This document shows, one piece after another, positions 1 to 9,548 of a stretch of 64,000 bases of DNA. A program made the translations under genes and the position numbers. The stretch comes from an uncultured Alphaproteobacteria bacterium (GTDB lineage: Bacteria; Pseudomonadota; Alphaproteobacteria; Acetobacterales; Acetobacteraceae). The notes beneath the pieces were generated by a model that did not search any database, was not told the DNA's origin, and saw nothing but the letters and a program-made list of their open reading frames with translations. Each line of letters begins with the position of its first letter. Position 1 is the stretch's first letter. The stretch is taken from NCBI GenBank assembly GCA_963777265.1, contig CAVZPY010000007.1:4245-68244 (forward strand). The letters are read 5' to 3'.

Positions 1-1
1 G

Positions 2-661
2 TGGCGAGGGTTTCTGTTCACCCTCGCCGAAAGGGCAAGTCTGTCGCTGCCGGTGCCACTCGTTCAGTATTTCGGTGGCTTTGTCGCGGTCGGGCAGTAT
101 TCGTTGGCGGAGAAATTCGTCAGCGCAACGCGGCCGTTTTTCCGGGTCGTCTCGGAGACCTTTCTGCCGCGGGTTGCCTACCACGCCCGGCACGATCCGG
201 CCGCAGGCATTGCATTGATCCGGCGCGCCGGATGGTCCTTGGTCGTCAGCGTTATCCTCAGCCTTGCCCTGTTTTTCGTGGCGCCGTTCGTCATCATGAT
301 CATCTTTGGAGAGAAGTTCGCTGGCGCAATTCCGATCGTGCGTGTGATGTCGGCTATGCCGATTCTTCTGAATACGAATATCTGCACGTCGACACTTTAC
401 ATGTTTAACTTCGGCCATGAGCGCGCATGGTCGGTCTTGAACGTCACCGGTCTCGCCACATTTCTGGGGGCCGCATTCTTCCTCGGCACCCGTCTGAACA
501 ACGCAGGGATCGCGATCGCCGCGGCCGTCATTGCGAAGGAAGCGGTCGTGCTTGCGGTATCAGCAGTATTCTTCCTCGCATTCGCCCCCGCGGCGGGAGC
601 TTCTTCCGCCACTCTCGCCCAGAGCAACCTCGACGTGCTCACCCGGGAAGAAGGGGCTTAG
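2..661 (+). CDS. Wzx-type polysaccharide/O-antigen flippase, C-terminal part (5' end lies outside the window)
   Basis: Frame is open from nt 2 with no stop. The product is multi-TM and hydrophobic (…FGEKFAGAIPIVRVMSAMPILLNT…), typical of the MOP/Wzx C-terminus. It sits at the head of a polysaccharide locus. Confidence 0.7.
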   Translation, partial: WRGFLFTLAERASLSLPVPLVQYFGGFVAVGQYSLAEKFVSATRPFFRVVSETFLPRVAYHARHDPAAGIALIRRAGWSLVVSVILSLALFFVAPFVIMIIFGEKFAGAIPIVRVMSAMPILLNTNICTSTLYMFNFGHERAWSVLNVTGLATFLGAAFFLGTRLNNAGIAIAAAVIAKEAVVLAVSAVFFLAFAPAAGASSATLAQSNLDVLTREEGA

Positions 662-662
662 G

Positions 663-2333
663 ATGTTTCTCCCCAGGCCATCGCCTTCCGCCAACGATCA
701 ACCTCTTCCGGAAAAACTGATCCGCGTCAGCGAGCCGGATTCCCTGGATGCCGAGGCGGTCGGCCGGTTCCTGCGGCGAAACGGGCGGCGCTGCCTGATA
801 TGGTTCGCCGCGAGCCTGTTTGCCGCGATGGCGTTTTTCGCCCTCGCCCCATCCTACTACACCTCGACAGCCACGATCCTTCTGGAACAGCCGCAGGCGC
901 CGGCGGCGGCGGGACAGAACGGTGGCGGAGACGCCGCGGCGAGGGCAGACGCCTTTGTGGAGAGCCAGGTTCTCGTGCTTCAATCTGCCGACGTTCTGGG
1001 ACGGGTGGTGGAGAAAGCCGGACTTATCGGCCGTCCGGAGCTTGGTCTTGGAACGCGCCTACGAGGCTGGATCGCATCATTTCTTCGCGGGAGCGCCCCG
1101 ATAAGGCGGCCTGATCCCCGCCACGCGGCAATCCTGCGCATGGCGCGTTCCCTTTCGGTCGTGCGTCAGGGCACATCCGATGTCGTGGAAATTGGCTTCA
1201 CGTCAGGAGATCCGTTCACTGCCGCGACGATCGCCAACGCGGTCGTGACCGCGTATATCGCGGAGCGAGAGCAGGTGCGGCGGGAGGCGAGCGAAGGCGT
1301 GACGGCAGATCTCCGTGCGCGTCTGGCCGAACTCAGGCAGAAGGCGTTCACGAGCGACCCGCACCTTTCGCAAGCCAATCCGACGTCGCAATCCGAAGAG
1401 CAGGCCCGTCTGCATTTCCACGAACGCCAGAACGAGGACAGAACCTACAGGGCCCTGGACGACGCTCTTCTGCAGCGGCTTTACAACGAGCCGGCTCGCG
1501 ATCCCGGGCCTGGGCTCCGGGTCCTGACGCGAGCGGAGCCTCCGCTCCGTCGGAGCTGGCCGCCGCTGGTCCTGGTCGTAGCGATCGTCGTTGGCGGCAG
1601 TGCGGCCGGCGTCGGCCAGGCGCTGATCAAGGCGAGCACGGACCACACTCTTTGGACGGTTGCAGATGTCCATCGGGAAACCGGCCTCGATCGCGTTGTC
1701 GGTATTCCGACGACAGCAAGCCGCCACGCGGAACTTGCCCGCCGGAACGCCGCGCCGCCCGCGGATCTGGCGGCGTCCCCGCCATTCGTCGAGGCGTTGG
1801 GTCGTGTCGTGATCGGTCTTGGGAATGAGCCGGGCTCCCTTGGCGGCATGATGATTGGCGTCGTGTCGCCTACGCGCGCGGCAGGGGCCTCCTCGGTTGC
1901 GGTCCATCTGGCAGCCCTCATTGCCGAGGGCGGGCAGAGCACGGTCCTCGTGGATGCGAACTGGTCGAAGCCGCCAAGGGCGGTGGAGGACAGCCCCAGG
2001 TCCGGCCGCGCACTTGCCAGCAGGACTTCCGCCCTACCACTCGGCTCGGGGGATCTCAAGATTCTGAAGCTACGGGCTGCCGGGCCGGTTTCCGGCGTTA
2101 GCGCATCGCTCTCGGTCTCTGCCACTCTCAGGGAGATGCAACGGGATGCGACTTGCATCGTCGTGGACTTCCTGGCGCTCGAGCAGGCCGCCGATGTCGA
2201 GGCATGTGCCGGACTTCTGCAGAAGCTGGTGGTCGTTGCAGAGGCCCGTGTGACGACGTCCGGGCAACTCCTGGACATCGTGCAGCGCGTCCGTCCGGAA
2301 ACGATCGCGGCGGTGGTGCTGAACAAGATTTAG
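663..2333 (+). CDS. Polysaccharide co-polymerase (Wzz/ExoP/GumC-like) with a degenerate C-terminal BY-kinase-like P-loop domain
   Basis: ATG at 663, 2 nt after the wzx stop. Wzz-like N-terminal TM, a periplasmic region, a second TM (WPPLVLVVAIVVGG), then a MinD/BY-kinase-like fold. Walker A reads SPTRAAGASS (no Lys) and there is no C-terminal Tyr cluster. Confidence 0.75.
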   Translation: MFLPRPSPSANDQPLPEKLIRVSEPDSLDAEAVGRFLRRNGRRCLIWFAASLFAAMAFFALAPSYYTSTATILLEQPQAPAAAGQNGGGDAAARADAFVESQVLVLQSADVLGRVVEKAGLIGRPELGLGTRLRGWIASFLRGSAPIRRPDPRHAAILRMARSLSVVRQGTSDVVEIGFTSGDPFTAATIANAVVTAYIAEREQVRREASEGVTADLRARLAELRQKAFTSDPHLSQANPTSQSEEQARLHFHERQNEDRTYRALDDALLQRLYNEPARDPGPGLRVLTRAEPPLRRSWPPLVLVVAIVVGGSAAGVGQALIKASTDHTLWTVADVHRETGLDRVVGIPTTASRHAELARRNAAPPADLAASPPFVEALGRVVIGLGNEPGSLGGMMIGVVSPTRAAGASSVAVHLAALIAEGGQSTVLVDANWSKPPRAVEDSPRSGRALASRTSALPLGSGDLKILKLRAAGPVSGVSASLSVSATLREMQRDATCIVVDFLALEQAADVEACAGLLQKLVVVAEARVTTSGQLLDIVQRVRPETIAAVVLNKI

Positions 2334-2357
2334 GAGCAGGCAGGAGCAGGGAGCGAA

Positions 2358-3681
2358 ATGGACGCGCTGTGGCGGCCCGGGATGGCGGCCGAATGGACGA
2401 GCCGGCCGGCACACCGCGTTCCGCTCGACCTTCTGGATCGCGTGCTCTTCCTTCCCGGCATCTGGCTGGTCGCGGGGCTTGGGATTTCACTGCGGCTGGT
2501 CGGCCCGTTCTTCGTCGTGATCCCGGTCGGCACCTGTCTTCTGTACGCCCTCGCGCGACGGGTGACACCGCCGCAATTTCTGAGTGCCTATCTGGGATAC
2601 TGCATATTTGTGGCGATACTTTCACGCTGTCGGCTCATGCCGGAGTTCCTGGCAGGTCTATTTCTATCAGGACGCCATCGTCCGCCAGATGGTGCCGACG
2701 CTGGGCTTCTTCGCGGTGGCCTGGGCGTCGAAGGCGTATTTCGGGCGCCGGCTTGCGGATGGCAATGCCTTCGCGGGGACGCCGCTCATCGTGCTGCTGA
2801 GTTGCGTCGCTGCTCCGGGCGTCATGTTGCAGCAGGGCCTGCGCTACGAGGGCGAGGGGCCGGTCGCCTCGATCTTCGGGCTGTATGGAGCCTTCATCAA
2901 CAACATGCTGATTGGGTTCGTGTTTATCGGCGCGAGCATCTACTACACCCGAGACCTGCGCCGCTACCTGGCACTTGGCTTCACGCTGCTGATCGGCGTC
3001 ACCAGCCATTTTCTTCAGGTGAAGTTGCTGGCTGGCGCGGTCGTTGCTACCAGATTTGGGATCCGCGGACGCAAGATGGCGATCGGGATCGCCATTCTTC
3101 TCATCACTTCTTATGCGGTCGGGTTGAGCTTCATACCTCTGATCGTGCAGCGAGACCCGAACGATGGCCTTCGGCTCGCATTCCTGGCGGACGTGCTCCG
3201 ATCTACCGCCGACACGAAGGGGGTGGGCGTCGGCTTCGGGAAAGAGTTGGTCCGGTGGCGTTATCACTTTCCGAACAGGCCAGTCTTCACGTTCCTTCCC
3301 GACCCGCGCACGATGTCGCACGCCCGCATGCTCGAAGCGCTATCAACCGGGGTGCACAACTCATTTGCGGAAACACTGCTGCGGGCCGGCCTGCCTGGCC
3401 TGATCCTGCTTGTGGCAAGCTTTGTTGCGGTCTTTCCCGCCGGTGACCTTCCTCGACATGTCCAGGACCATGCAGCGGTCGCCTTCACGATGATGTTCAT
3501 TGCGTGCTTCGTCAACCCGGCCCTGGAGAGTCCGATACAAGCGGTCGGTATCGGCTTCATATACGGCTATCTTCTGGCGCTCCGGCGGGTGAGGACGACA
3601 CGGATACCGTCCCCGCCTCCGAGACAGGCCGCTTTTGCGCTGCCCGCTCCCACGGTGCCGCGCCTGGGGACCGCGCCATGA
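2358..3681 (+). pseudogene. Wzy-like polymerase / O-antigen-ligase-like multi-TM protein, reading frame broken once (~2585-2690)
   Basis: TM-rich N-terminus from ATG 2358 (RBS caggag) lies in frame 0. The remaining ~350 aa of TM protein lies in frame 1 (ORF 2584..3681). The span is 3n+1. The region is visibly more A/T-rich than its neighbours, as wzy genes often are. Confidence 0.6.
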
Positions 3682-3727
3682 GGAGAGATGGCGGGGTGGT
3701 CACGCCCGATCGAAGGAGGTGCTGTCC

Positions 3728-5038
3728 ATGACATCGACCGGCTGCGCACCAAGCATTGCGGGCAGGGGCCGCGGCTGGCTGCTGCTGGCCCTGTTGTCCG
3801 CCGTTGCCCTGATCCGGTTGCCGGCGATGGCGGCGCCGTTGCCGGCCATGGGCGAGTACCGGCTCCAGCCGGGGGACGTGGTCGATGTGTCGATCGCCGC
3901 CGTCGCGGGGTTCCGGGAACGCGCGACGATCGGGATCGACGGCAACATAATGCTGCCCCTTGCAGGACAAGTGAAGATCGGGGGGGAGCCGCTGGCGGCG
4001 GCGGCGAAGGCGATCAACCACGGTCTCGCCGGCAAAGTGTACCGGCAATTCGCACCCGATGGGCAGGAGGTCTCGCATCTGATCCTGGCGAACGAGGTCA
4101 TGACGAGGGTCGTCGAATACCGTCCCGTCTATGTCATGGGAGATGTTGCAAAGCCGGCGGACTACCCGTTCCGCCCCGGCTTGACCGTGCGGCAAGTCGT
4201 GGCGATCGCAGGCGGATACGGCCTGGCGCGCCTGGGGGTGGTCAATCCCTGGATAGCGGGTGTCGATGTGCAATCCGATTACGCAGCGCTGTGGAACCAG
4301 CTCGCCAGCGAACAAGCCCGGGTTTGGCGCCTGCGCAAAGAACTCGCCGAGCTGGGCACGGGGAGGGCGGGCGGCCTTGTACCGGCACCCAGCGGGAGCG
4401 CCGGGCGCTTCTTGAAGACGGCAGAGGAGGAGTTGCAATGGCGCGTTGCCAGTCGGGCCGCCGAGAAGGCGAGTTATCAGACGGCGGTCGATGAGGCGGG
4501 CCAACAACTCGTGATCTTGGAGAAGAAGAAGACCGAGGACCAAGAAGGGGCTCAGGCGGACGAGTCGGAATTCAAAAAGGTAAGGGTGCTGTTCGAGAGG
4601 CGGCTGTCGACGGCGATGCGGCTGTCCGAGGCACGCCGGGCGGCGCTGCTGTCCTCGGACCAATATCTTCAGACTGTCGTCGAAATCTCCAATCTCGAAC
4701 GACAGCGGGACCAGTACTTGCGGCTGCTGAGCAAGGTGGATAACGATGCTCGAGTCGCTGCTCTCGCGGAGTTGCAGAATGCCACGTTGAACATTGCACA
4801 AATCAGCGCGCGCCTGCAGGGCGCGAGCGAGAAGCTGGTGCTGACCGGCGAAATGCAGTCGCAGCTAGAGCACGGTAGCGAGCCACCACAGATCATCATC
4901 CACAGAACGGTTCACGGGCGACAGGGAGAGTTTGCCGCCAGTCCGGACCAGGAACTTATGCCCGGAGACGTCGTGGATGTGACCGTGCACCTCGGTGCTG
5001 GAATACCGGCTCCAGCCGCGAAAGTGGCGGCGCAGTAG
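3728..5038 (+). CDS. Outer-membrane polysaccharide export (OPX, Wza/ExoF-like) protein with a long internal coiled coil
   Basis: RBS GAAGGAGG at 3712-3719, ATG at 3728. Signal peptide (LLLALLSAVALIRLPAMAAP), Poly_export motif (YRLQPGDVVDVSI…IDGNIMLPLAGQVKIGG), SLBB (VYVMGDVAKPADY), ~200 aa heptad-rich segment, C-terminal PGDVVDV. Confidence 0.8.
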   Translation: MTSTGCAPSIAGRGRGWLLLALLSAVALIRLPAMAAPLPAMGEYRLQPGDVVDVSIAAVAGFRERATIGIDGNIMLPLAGQVKIGGEPLAAAAKAINHGLAGKVYRQFAPDGQEVSHLILANEVMTRVVEYRPVYVMGDVAKPADYPFRPGLTVRQVVAIAGGYGLARLGVVNPWIAGVDVQSDYAALWNQLASEQARVWRLRKELAELGTGRAGGLVPAPSGSAGRFLKTAEEELQWRVASRAAEKASYQTAVDEAGQQLVILEKKKTEDQEGAQADESEFKKVRVLFERRLSTAMRLSEARRAALLSSDQYLQTVVEISNLERQRDQYLRLLSKVDNDARVAALAELQNATLNIAQISARLQGASEKLVLTGEMQSQLEHGSEPPQIIIHRTVHGRQGEFAASPDQELMPGDVVDVTVHLGAGIPAPAAKVAAQ

Positions 5039-5072
5039 GACGAAGGATCTCCCTCCGGAATGAAGGTGTCAC

Positions 5073-6260
5073 TTGCGTGTCCTGATCGTCCATAATTTCT
5101 ATCGGAATCCAGGCGGAGAGGACCGTATCGTCAGGGACGAGCTCTCCATGCTCTCCGGCCGTGGCATCGAGATCGATCTGTTCGCGGCCGACAACAAGGA
5201 TATCCGCGGCCTTCGGGGCCAGGTCACGACCGCCCTGCAAGTCGTCTACAATCCCTGGGCGCGGCGGGCGCTGTCCCGAAGGCTGGCTCAATTCCGCCCG
5301 GATCTCGTTCATATCCACAACTTCTTCCCACTCCTCAGTCCGTCGATCCTGGATTCGTGCCTGGGCGCGGGCGTCCCGGCGGTCCTCACGCTGCACAATT
5401 ACCGTATCCTATTCCCGTCCGGCCTGATGCCGGAAACCGAGGCGGCGGGGCACGGACGGCACTCGTGCTGGCCGGCCGTATCCGAGGGGAGCTATCGGGG
5501 ATCCGCGCTCGCAACGCTGCCGGTCGCGGCGATGATCGGATTCCACAAACGAGCGGGCACCTGGACGCGCAAGGTGGGCCGGTTTGTCGCTCTCACCGAT
5601 TGGGCCAAGGCGCGGTTCGTGGAGCGGGGAATTCCGACGGAGCGGATCGTGGTCAAGCCCAATTGGGTCGCGCGGACCAACGTCATCGGTCTGCAGCGCA
5701 GGGGCGCGCTGTTCGTGGGGCGCCTCGACGAGCAAAAGGGGATCGACATCCTGCTTCGCGCGTGGGCGGGCGTCGATTATCCACTCAGGATAATCGGCGA
5801 AGGACCTCTCCGCGACCTTGTGCTGCAGCACCGGAGCGGGCGGATAGAATATCTCGGGCGCCAGTCAAGGGAGGTGGTGCAGAGAGAAATGCAGGCGGCG
5901 CGTTTCCTGGTGTTGCCGTCATCGGGAAACGAGATGTTCCCAGTGACCCTGCTTGAGGCCTTCTCGAATCGCCTGCCGGTGATCTGCTCCGATCTGCCAT
6001 CCATCGGCGGGCTGGTCGAGACCGGCCGCACTGGCATCAAGTTTGCCGCACGCAGTGCGGACGCTCTGGCCGACCGGGTGCGCTGGTCGATTGTCAATGC
6101 GGCGGCGCTCGAAGCGATCGGGCATAACGCCTACCAAGTGTACGAGGAGCGGTATACCCCGGAGGCAAACTTCCAGCAGTTGATGACGATCTACCGCTCC
6201 CTGCGCGACGATAACGCCGGTGCGCGGGCCACCTCTGCGCAGACGCCGCGGCGCCGTTAG
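5073..6260 (+). CDS. Glycosyltransferase family 4 (GT-B)
   Basis: MRVLIVHNFY…GGED N-terminus and EX7E motif (GNEMFPVTLLEAFSNRLPVICS). The start is a TTG. Confidence 0.85.
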   Translation: MRVLIVHNFYRNPGGEDRIVRDELSMLSGRGIEIDLFAADNKDIRGLRGQVTTALQVVYNPWARRALSRRLAQFRPDLVHIHNFFPLLSPSILDSCLGAGVPAVLTLHNYRILFPSGLMPETEAAGHGRHSCWPAVSEGSYRGSALATLPVAAMIGFHKRAGTWTRKVGRFVALTDWAKARFVERGIPTERIVVKPNWVARTNVIGLQRRGALFVGRLDEQKGIDILLRAWAGVDYPLRIIGEGPLRDLVLQHRSGRIEYLGRQSREVVQREMQAARFLVLPSSGNEMFPVTLLEAFSNRLPVICSDLPSIGGLVETGRTGIKFAARSADALADRVRWSIVNAAALEAIGHNAYQVYEERYTPEANFQQLMTIYRSLRDDNAGARATSAQTPRRR

Positions 6261-7234
6261 GTCTCGATGTCAGGCTGCCCGGGGTGCGCGCAGGCTCTCA
6301 GATACCAGGCGTAGACGCTCCGCAATCCCTCCTCGAGGCTCATCGTCGGGCGCCATCCAAGTGCGGACAGCCTCGTGCTGTCCATGAGCTTGCGCGGCGC
6401 CCCATCCGGCTTGGCGCTGTCAAACCGGAGTTGCGCATCGACCCCGACGACCCGCATCATCGTTTCTGCCAACTCGCGGATACTCAAGTCGGAGCCCACA
6501 CCGACGTTGACGTGTGGCTCGGCCGAGTAGCTCTTCAAGAGAAAAACGAGTGCATCCGCCAAGTCGTCGACATGCATGAATTCCCGCCGCGGCGTGCCTG
6601 TTCCCCATATCTGGACCTCGCTTCGACACTCGGCTTTCGCCTGATGCACCTTCAGCATGAGGGCCGGAAGTACATGACTGGAGACCGGGTCGAAATTGTC
6701 GCTCGGTCCATAAAGGTTGGTTGGCATGGCCGAGATGAAGTCGCAGCCGTGTTGCCGGCGATATGCTTGACACAGCTTTATTCCGGCGATTTTTGCCACC
6801 GCGTACCACTGGTTCGTGGGTTCAAGCGGGCCGGAGAGAAGCGCCTCTTCCCGGATCGGCTGCTCGGCCAGCCTCGGATAGATGCACGAGGACCCCAGAA
6901 ACAGCAGCTTTTCGATGCTGAACAGCCGCGCGGCATGCACGATATTGGCAACGATCGCCAGATTGTCGTAGATGAAGTCGGCGGGCCGCGAATCGTTGGC
7001 AAAAATCCCGCCGACGGTCGCAGCGGCGATGATGACCGCCTGGGGACGGTGGCAATCGGTCCAAGCTTCGACGCTCTCCTGCCGCCGCAGGTCGAGTTCT
7101 CCGCGGGCGGCGGTTATGATGTCACAGGATTCCGATGCCAGTCGCCTTATCAGCGCGGAGCCGACCATTCCGCGATGGCCAGCCACCCAAATGCGCTTGC
7201 CGGTCAACAGATATGGCGCCCCAATGCCGCTCAT
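6257..7234 (-). CDS. fcl: GDP-L-fucose synthase (GDP-4-keto-6-deoxy-D-mannose epimerase/reductase)
   Basis: GHRGMVGSA Rossmann motif, YAVAK catalytic motif, and full-length similarity to Fcl/WcaG. ATG at 7234 overlaps the gmd stop (ATGA). Confidence 0.93.
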   Translation of the reverse strand: MSGIGAPYLLTGKRIWVAGHRGMVGSALIRRLASESCDIITAARGELDLRRQESVEAWTDCHRPQAVIIAAATVGGIFANDSRPADFIYDNLAIVANIVHAARLFSIEKLLFLGSSCIYPRLAEQPIREEALLSGPLEPTNQWYAVAKIAGIKLCQAYRRQHGCDFISAMPTNLYGPSDNFDPVSSHVLPALMLKVHQAKAECRSEVQIWGTGTPRREFMHVDDLADALVFLLKSYSAEPHVNVGVGSDLSIRELAETMMRVVGVDAQLRFDSAKPDGAPRKLMDSTRLSALGWRPTMSLEEGLRSVYAWYLRACAHPGQPDIET

Positions 7235-8289
7235 GCTCGCCTGTCCTCCGCTCCGATTGCCCGCAGGTCCGAGATAACCATCTCTGCAACGAGATCGTCG
7301 AAGCCTGTGGTCGCCTGCCACCCCAGCTTCTTCCGCGCCTTGCTGGCATCCCCGACCAGCAGGTCCACCTCCGTGGGGCGGAGATAGCGCGGGTCCACGC
7401 GCACCAACGTGCGGTCTAGCTCCGCATCGACCCCAACCTCGTCCAATCCGGCGCCCTTCCAGCGGATACAACGGCCCGCGACCGCGAACGCACGTTCGAT
7501 GAACTCTCTCACGCTGTGCATTTCGCCGGTCGCCAGCACGTAATCGTCCGGCTCCGGCTGCTGCATCATGAGCCACATCCCGGCGACGTAGTCGCGGGCA
7601 TGACCCCAGTCGCGCTTGGCGTCGAGGTTGCCGATATAGAGTGTCGGCTGCAGGCCATAACGGATGGCGGCCACGGCCCGCGTGATCTTCCGGGTTACGA
7701 AGGTCTCTCCGCGGATTGGACTCTCATGGTTGAACAGGATGCCATTGGACGCATGAAAGCCGTAGGCTTCCCGGTAGTTCACCGTTGTCCAATAGGCATA
7801 GAGTTTGGCAACCCCGTACGGGCTGCGAGGATAGAACCGGGTGGTCTCCCTTTGCGGGATTTCCTGCACCTTGCCGAAGAGCTCTGACGTGGAAGCCTGA
7901 TAGAAACGGACGGTGCGTTCCAGCCCGAGTATGCGGATCGCCTCGAGCAAGCGGAGCGTGCCGATCGCGTCGGCGTTCGCGGTGTATTCCGGGGTCTCGA
8001 AACTGACCTGGACATGGCTCTGCGCCGCGAGGTTGTAGATCTCGTCCGGCCGGATTTCCTGGATCAGGCGGATCAGGTTCGTGGCGTCGGTCAGGTCGCC
8101 GTAGTGCAGAAAGAATCGTCTGCCCGGATCATGGAGGTCGGTATAAAGATGATCGATTCGTCCTGTATTGAAGGACGAAGACCGTCGCTTTATGCCGTGG
8201 ACGACGTATCCCTTGTTCAAGAGGTATTCGGCCATGTATGCGCCATCCTGGCCAGTCACGCCGGTGATAAGAGCAACCTTGGCTGACAC
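7231..8289 (-). CDS. gmd: GDP-mannose 4,6-dehydratase
   Basis: [14 protein letters not shown], …NLAAQSHV…, [21 protein letters not shown] start at 8289 is preceded by GGAGGAG. The longer ORF extension to 8742 has no protein-like character. Confidence 0.93.
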   Translation of the reverse strand: MSAKVALITGVTGQDGAYMAEYLLNKGYVVHGIKRRSSSFNTGRIDHLYTDLHDPGRRFFLHYGDLTDATNLIRLIQEIRPDEIYNLAAQSHVQVSFETPEYTANADAIGTLRLLEAIRILGLERTVRFYQASTSELFGKVQEIPQRETTRFYPRSPYGVAKLYAYWTTVNYREAYGFHASNGILFNHESPIRGETFVTRKITRAVAAIRYGLQPTLYIGNLDAKRDWGHARDYVAGMWLMMQQPEPDDYVLATGEMHSVREFIERAFAVAGRCIRWKGAGLDEVGVDAELDRTLVRVDPRYLRPTEVDLLVGDASKARKKLGWQATTGFDDLVAEMVISDLRAIGAEDRRA

Positions 8290-8688
8290 GTGCCGCTCCT
8301 CCAGGTGGATGTGGCTTGGTTGGCCGTTGACTGGGCCGTGGACCTGGCGCAAATTTTGGAGAGCATCTGGGTCTGTCGCAAGCGCGCGCCGGTATCGCGG
8401 CATTCGAGCGTGCAGAGATGATGCGGTAAGCCTTCTTTGGGCTACTGGATGAATGGGGTATTTCTGCCGGAGTAGCCGCGTCTCTGAACGCATATCGGTC
8501 CTCCGCAGAATCGGCCCGTCGCTGCGACGTGATCGGATTCGGGCCGCCGGGTCGCCGCAGCCTGCATTGGTTACCCCGAATGCTGCACTGTCCGGCAGCT
8601 GGTACCGTGGTAATTCGCACATCGCTGCGATCGGACTGTTTTGGGCTTCTGCCCGTTTCAAACCAGCAGCATCGCGAGCCTGACGGCA

Positions 8689-9507
8689 ATGACTGGCGTA
8701 ACCCAGGGTCGGCATCGCATGGATGGACTGCCCCACGAGCACCGAGTAACCGAGGCGCAGGAAACCCGAGAGCGCGGATGCGGCTTTCTGTTCGCTCGCG
8801 TTCTAGGGCGCCGGAAGGCTCGCGCTGGAGCAACAGCGGCTAAGAGTGATGCGGCGGAAGGCTCTTCCATCGCAGGTCTGCGGCACAGCCTCGATCTATT
8901 CCTGACGATTCCCCCCTGGCGGACCGGCGCCGCAGCACGCCGACTTGCATTCGTGGGCCGGCTCACACCGGAGACGGGCGCAGCCGACCTGTTGTGGGCT
9001 GCGGAGGCCTGGGCGGAGCGATACTGCGAACAAACGATCCGAATCCTCTGGGTCGGCGAAGGCGACTTGAAAGACGTGTTAATCGCTCAGCCGGTGGCGG
9101 AGAATCTGGTGCAGAAATTCCTGCCTGTGCCGTCGCCGCCGCAATTAGCGGCCGTCCTCAGCCGCTGCGGGATGCTCGTCGCGCCGACACTGGCGGAGGG
9201 GACGGTGTCGCTGATTTCTGCGGCGATGGCTGCCGGACTGCCGGTTCTGGCGAGCTCGCGCCAACCCGGTGCTGCGCAGTGGGTTTTGCATGGACGCACG
9301 GGTTGGCTTTTCGATCCGCTGGTGCCCGGCGCACTCGCGCTGGTGCTCGAGCGCGCACTGGCCACCCCGGACGCAGTGCTGGACCGGATGCGTGAGCTGG
9401 TGCGCCAACTTGCCGCCGCGGACGGGAACTTGAGCATGGTGCCGGTGACAAGGCGTCTTCCGGTTGCACCGGCGCCGGCAGGAGAGCCTGTCTATGATCT
9501 TGGTTGA
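8689..9507 (+). CDS. Glycosyltransferase (GT4-type) C-terminal Rossmann domain only; probable remnant, start uncertain
   Basis: [19 protein letters not shown]…[27 protein letters not shown]…HGRTGWLF matches the donor-binding half of GT4 enzymes. No N-terminal acceptor domain is detectable in any frame upstream. Confidence 0.5.
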   Translation: MTGVTQGRHRMDGLPHEHRVTEAQETRERGCGFLFARVLGRRKARAGATAAKSDAAEGSSIAGLRHSLDLFLTIPPWRTGAAARRLAFVGRLTPETGAADLLWAAEAWAERYCEQTIRILWVGEGDLKDVLIAQPVAENLVQKFLPVPSPPQLAAVLSRCGMLVAPTLAEGTVSLISAAMAAGLPVLASSRQPGAAQWVLHGRTGWLFDPLVPGALALVLERALATPDAVLDRMRELVRQLAAADGNLSMVPVTRRLPVAPAPAGEPVYDLG

Positions 9508-9548
9508 GGGCGAGGCGCCGGAGGCGCCTCCCGGAGGGTGGTGTGGCC

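Noticed and set aside
7231-8742. 503-aa version of gmd with a 150-aa N-terminal extension; similarly fcl extended to 7576 and the PCP extended to 531
   Set aside because: The extensions are non-conserved. Internal starts with good RBSs give ortholog-length proteins, and the extensions overlap upstream genes.
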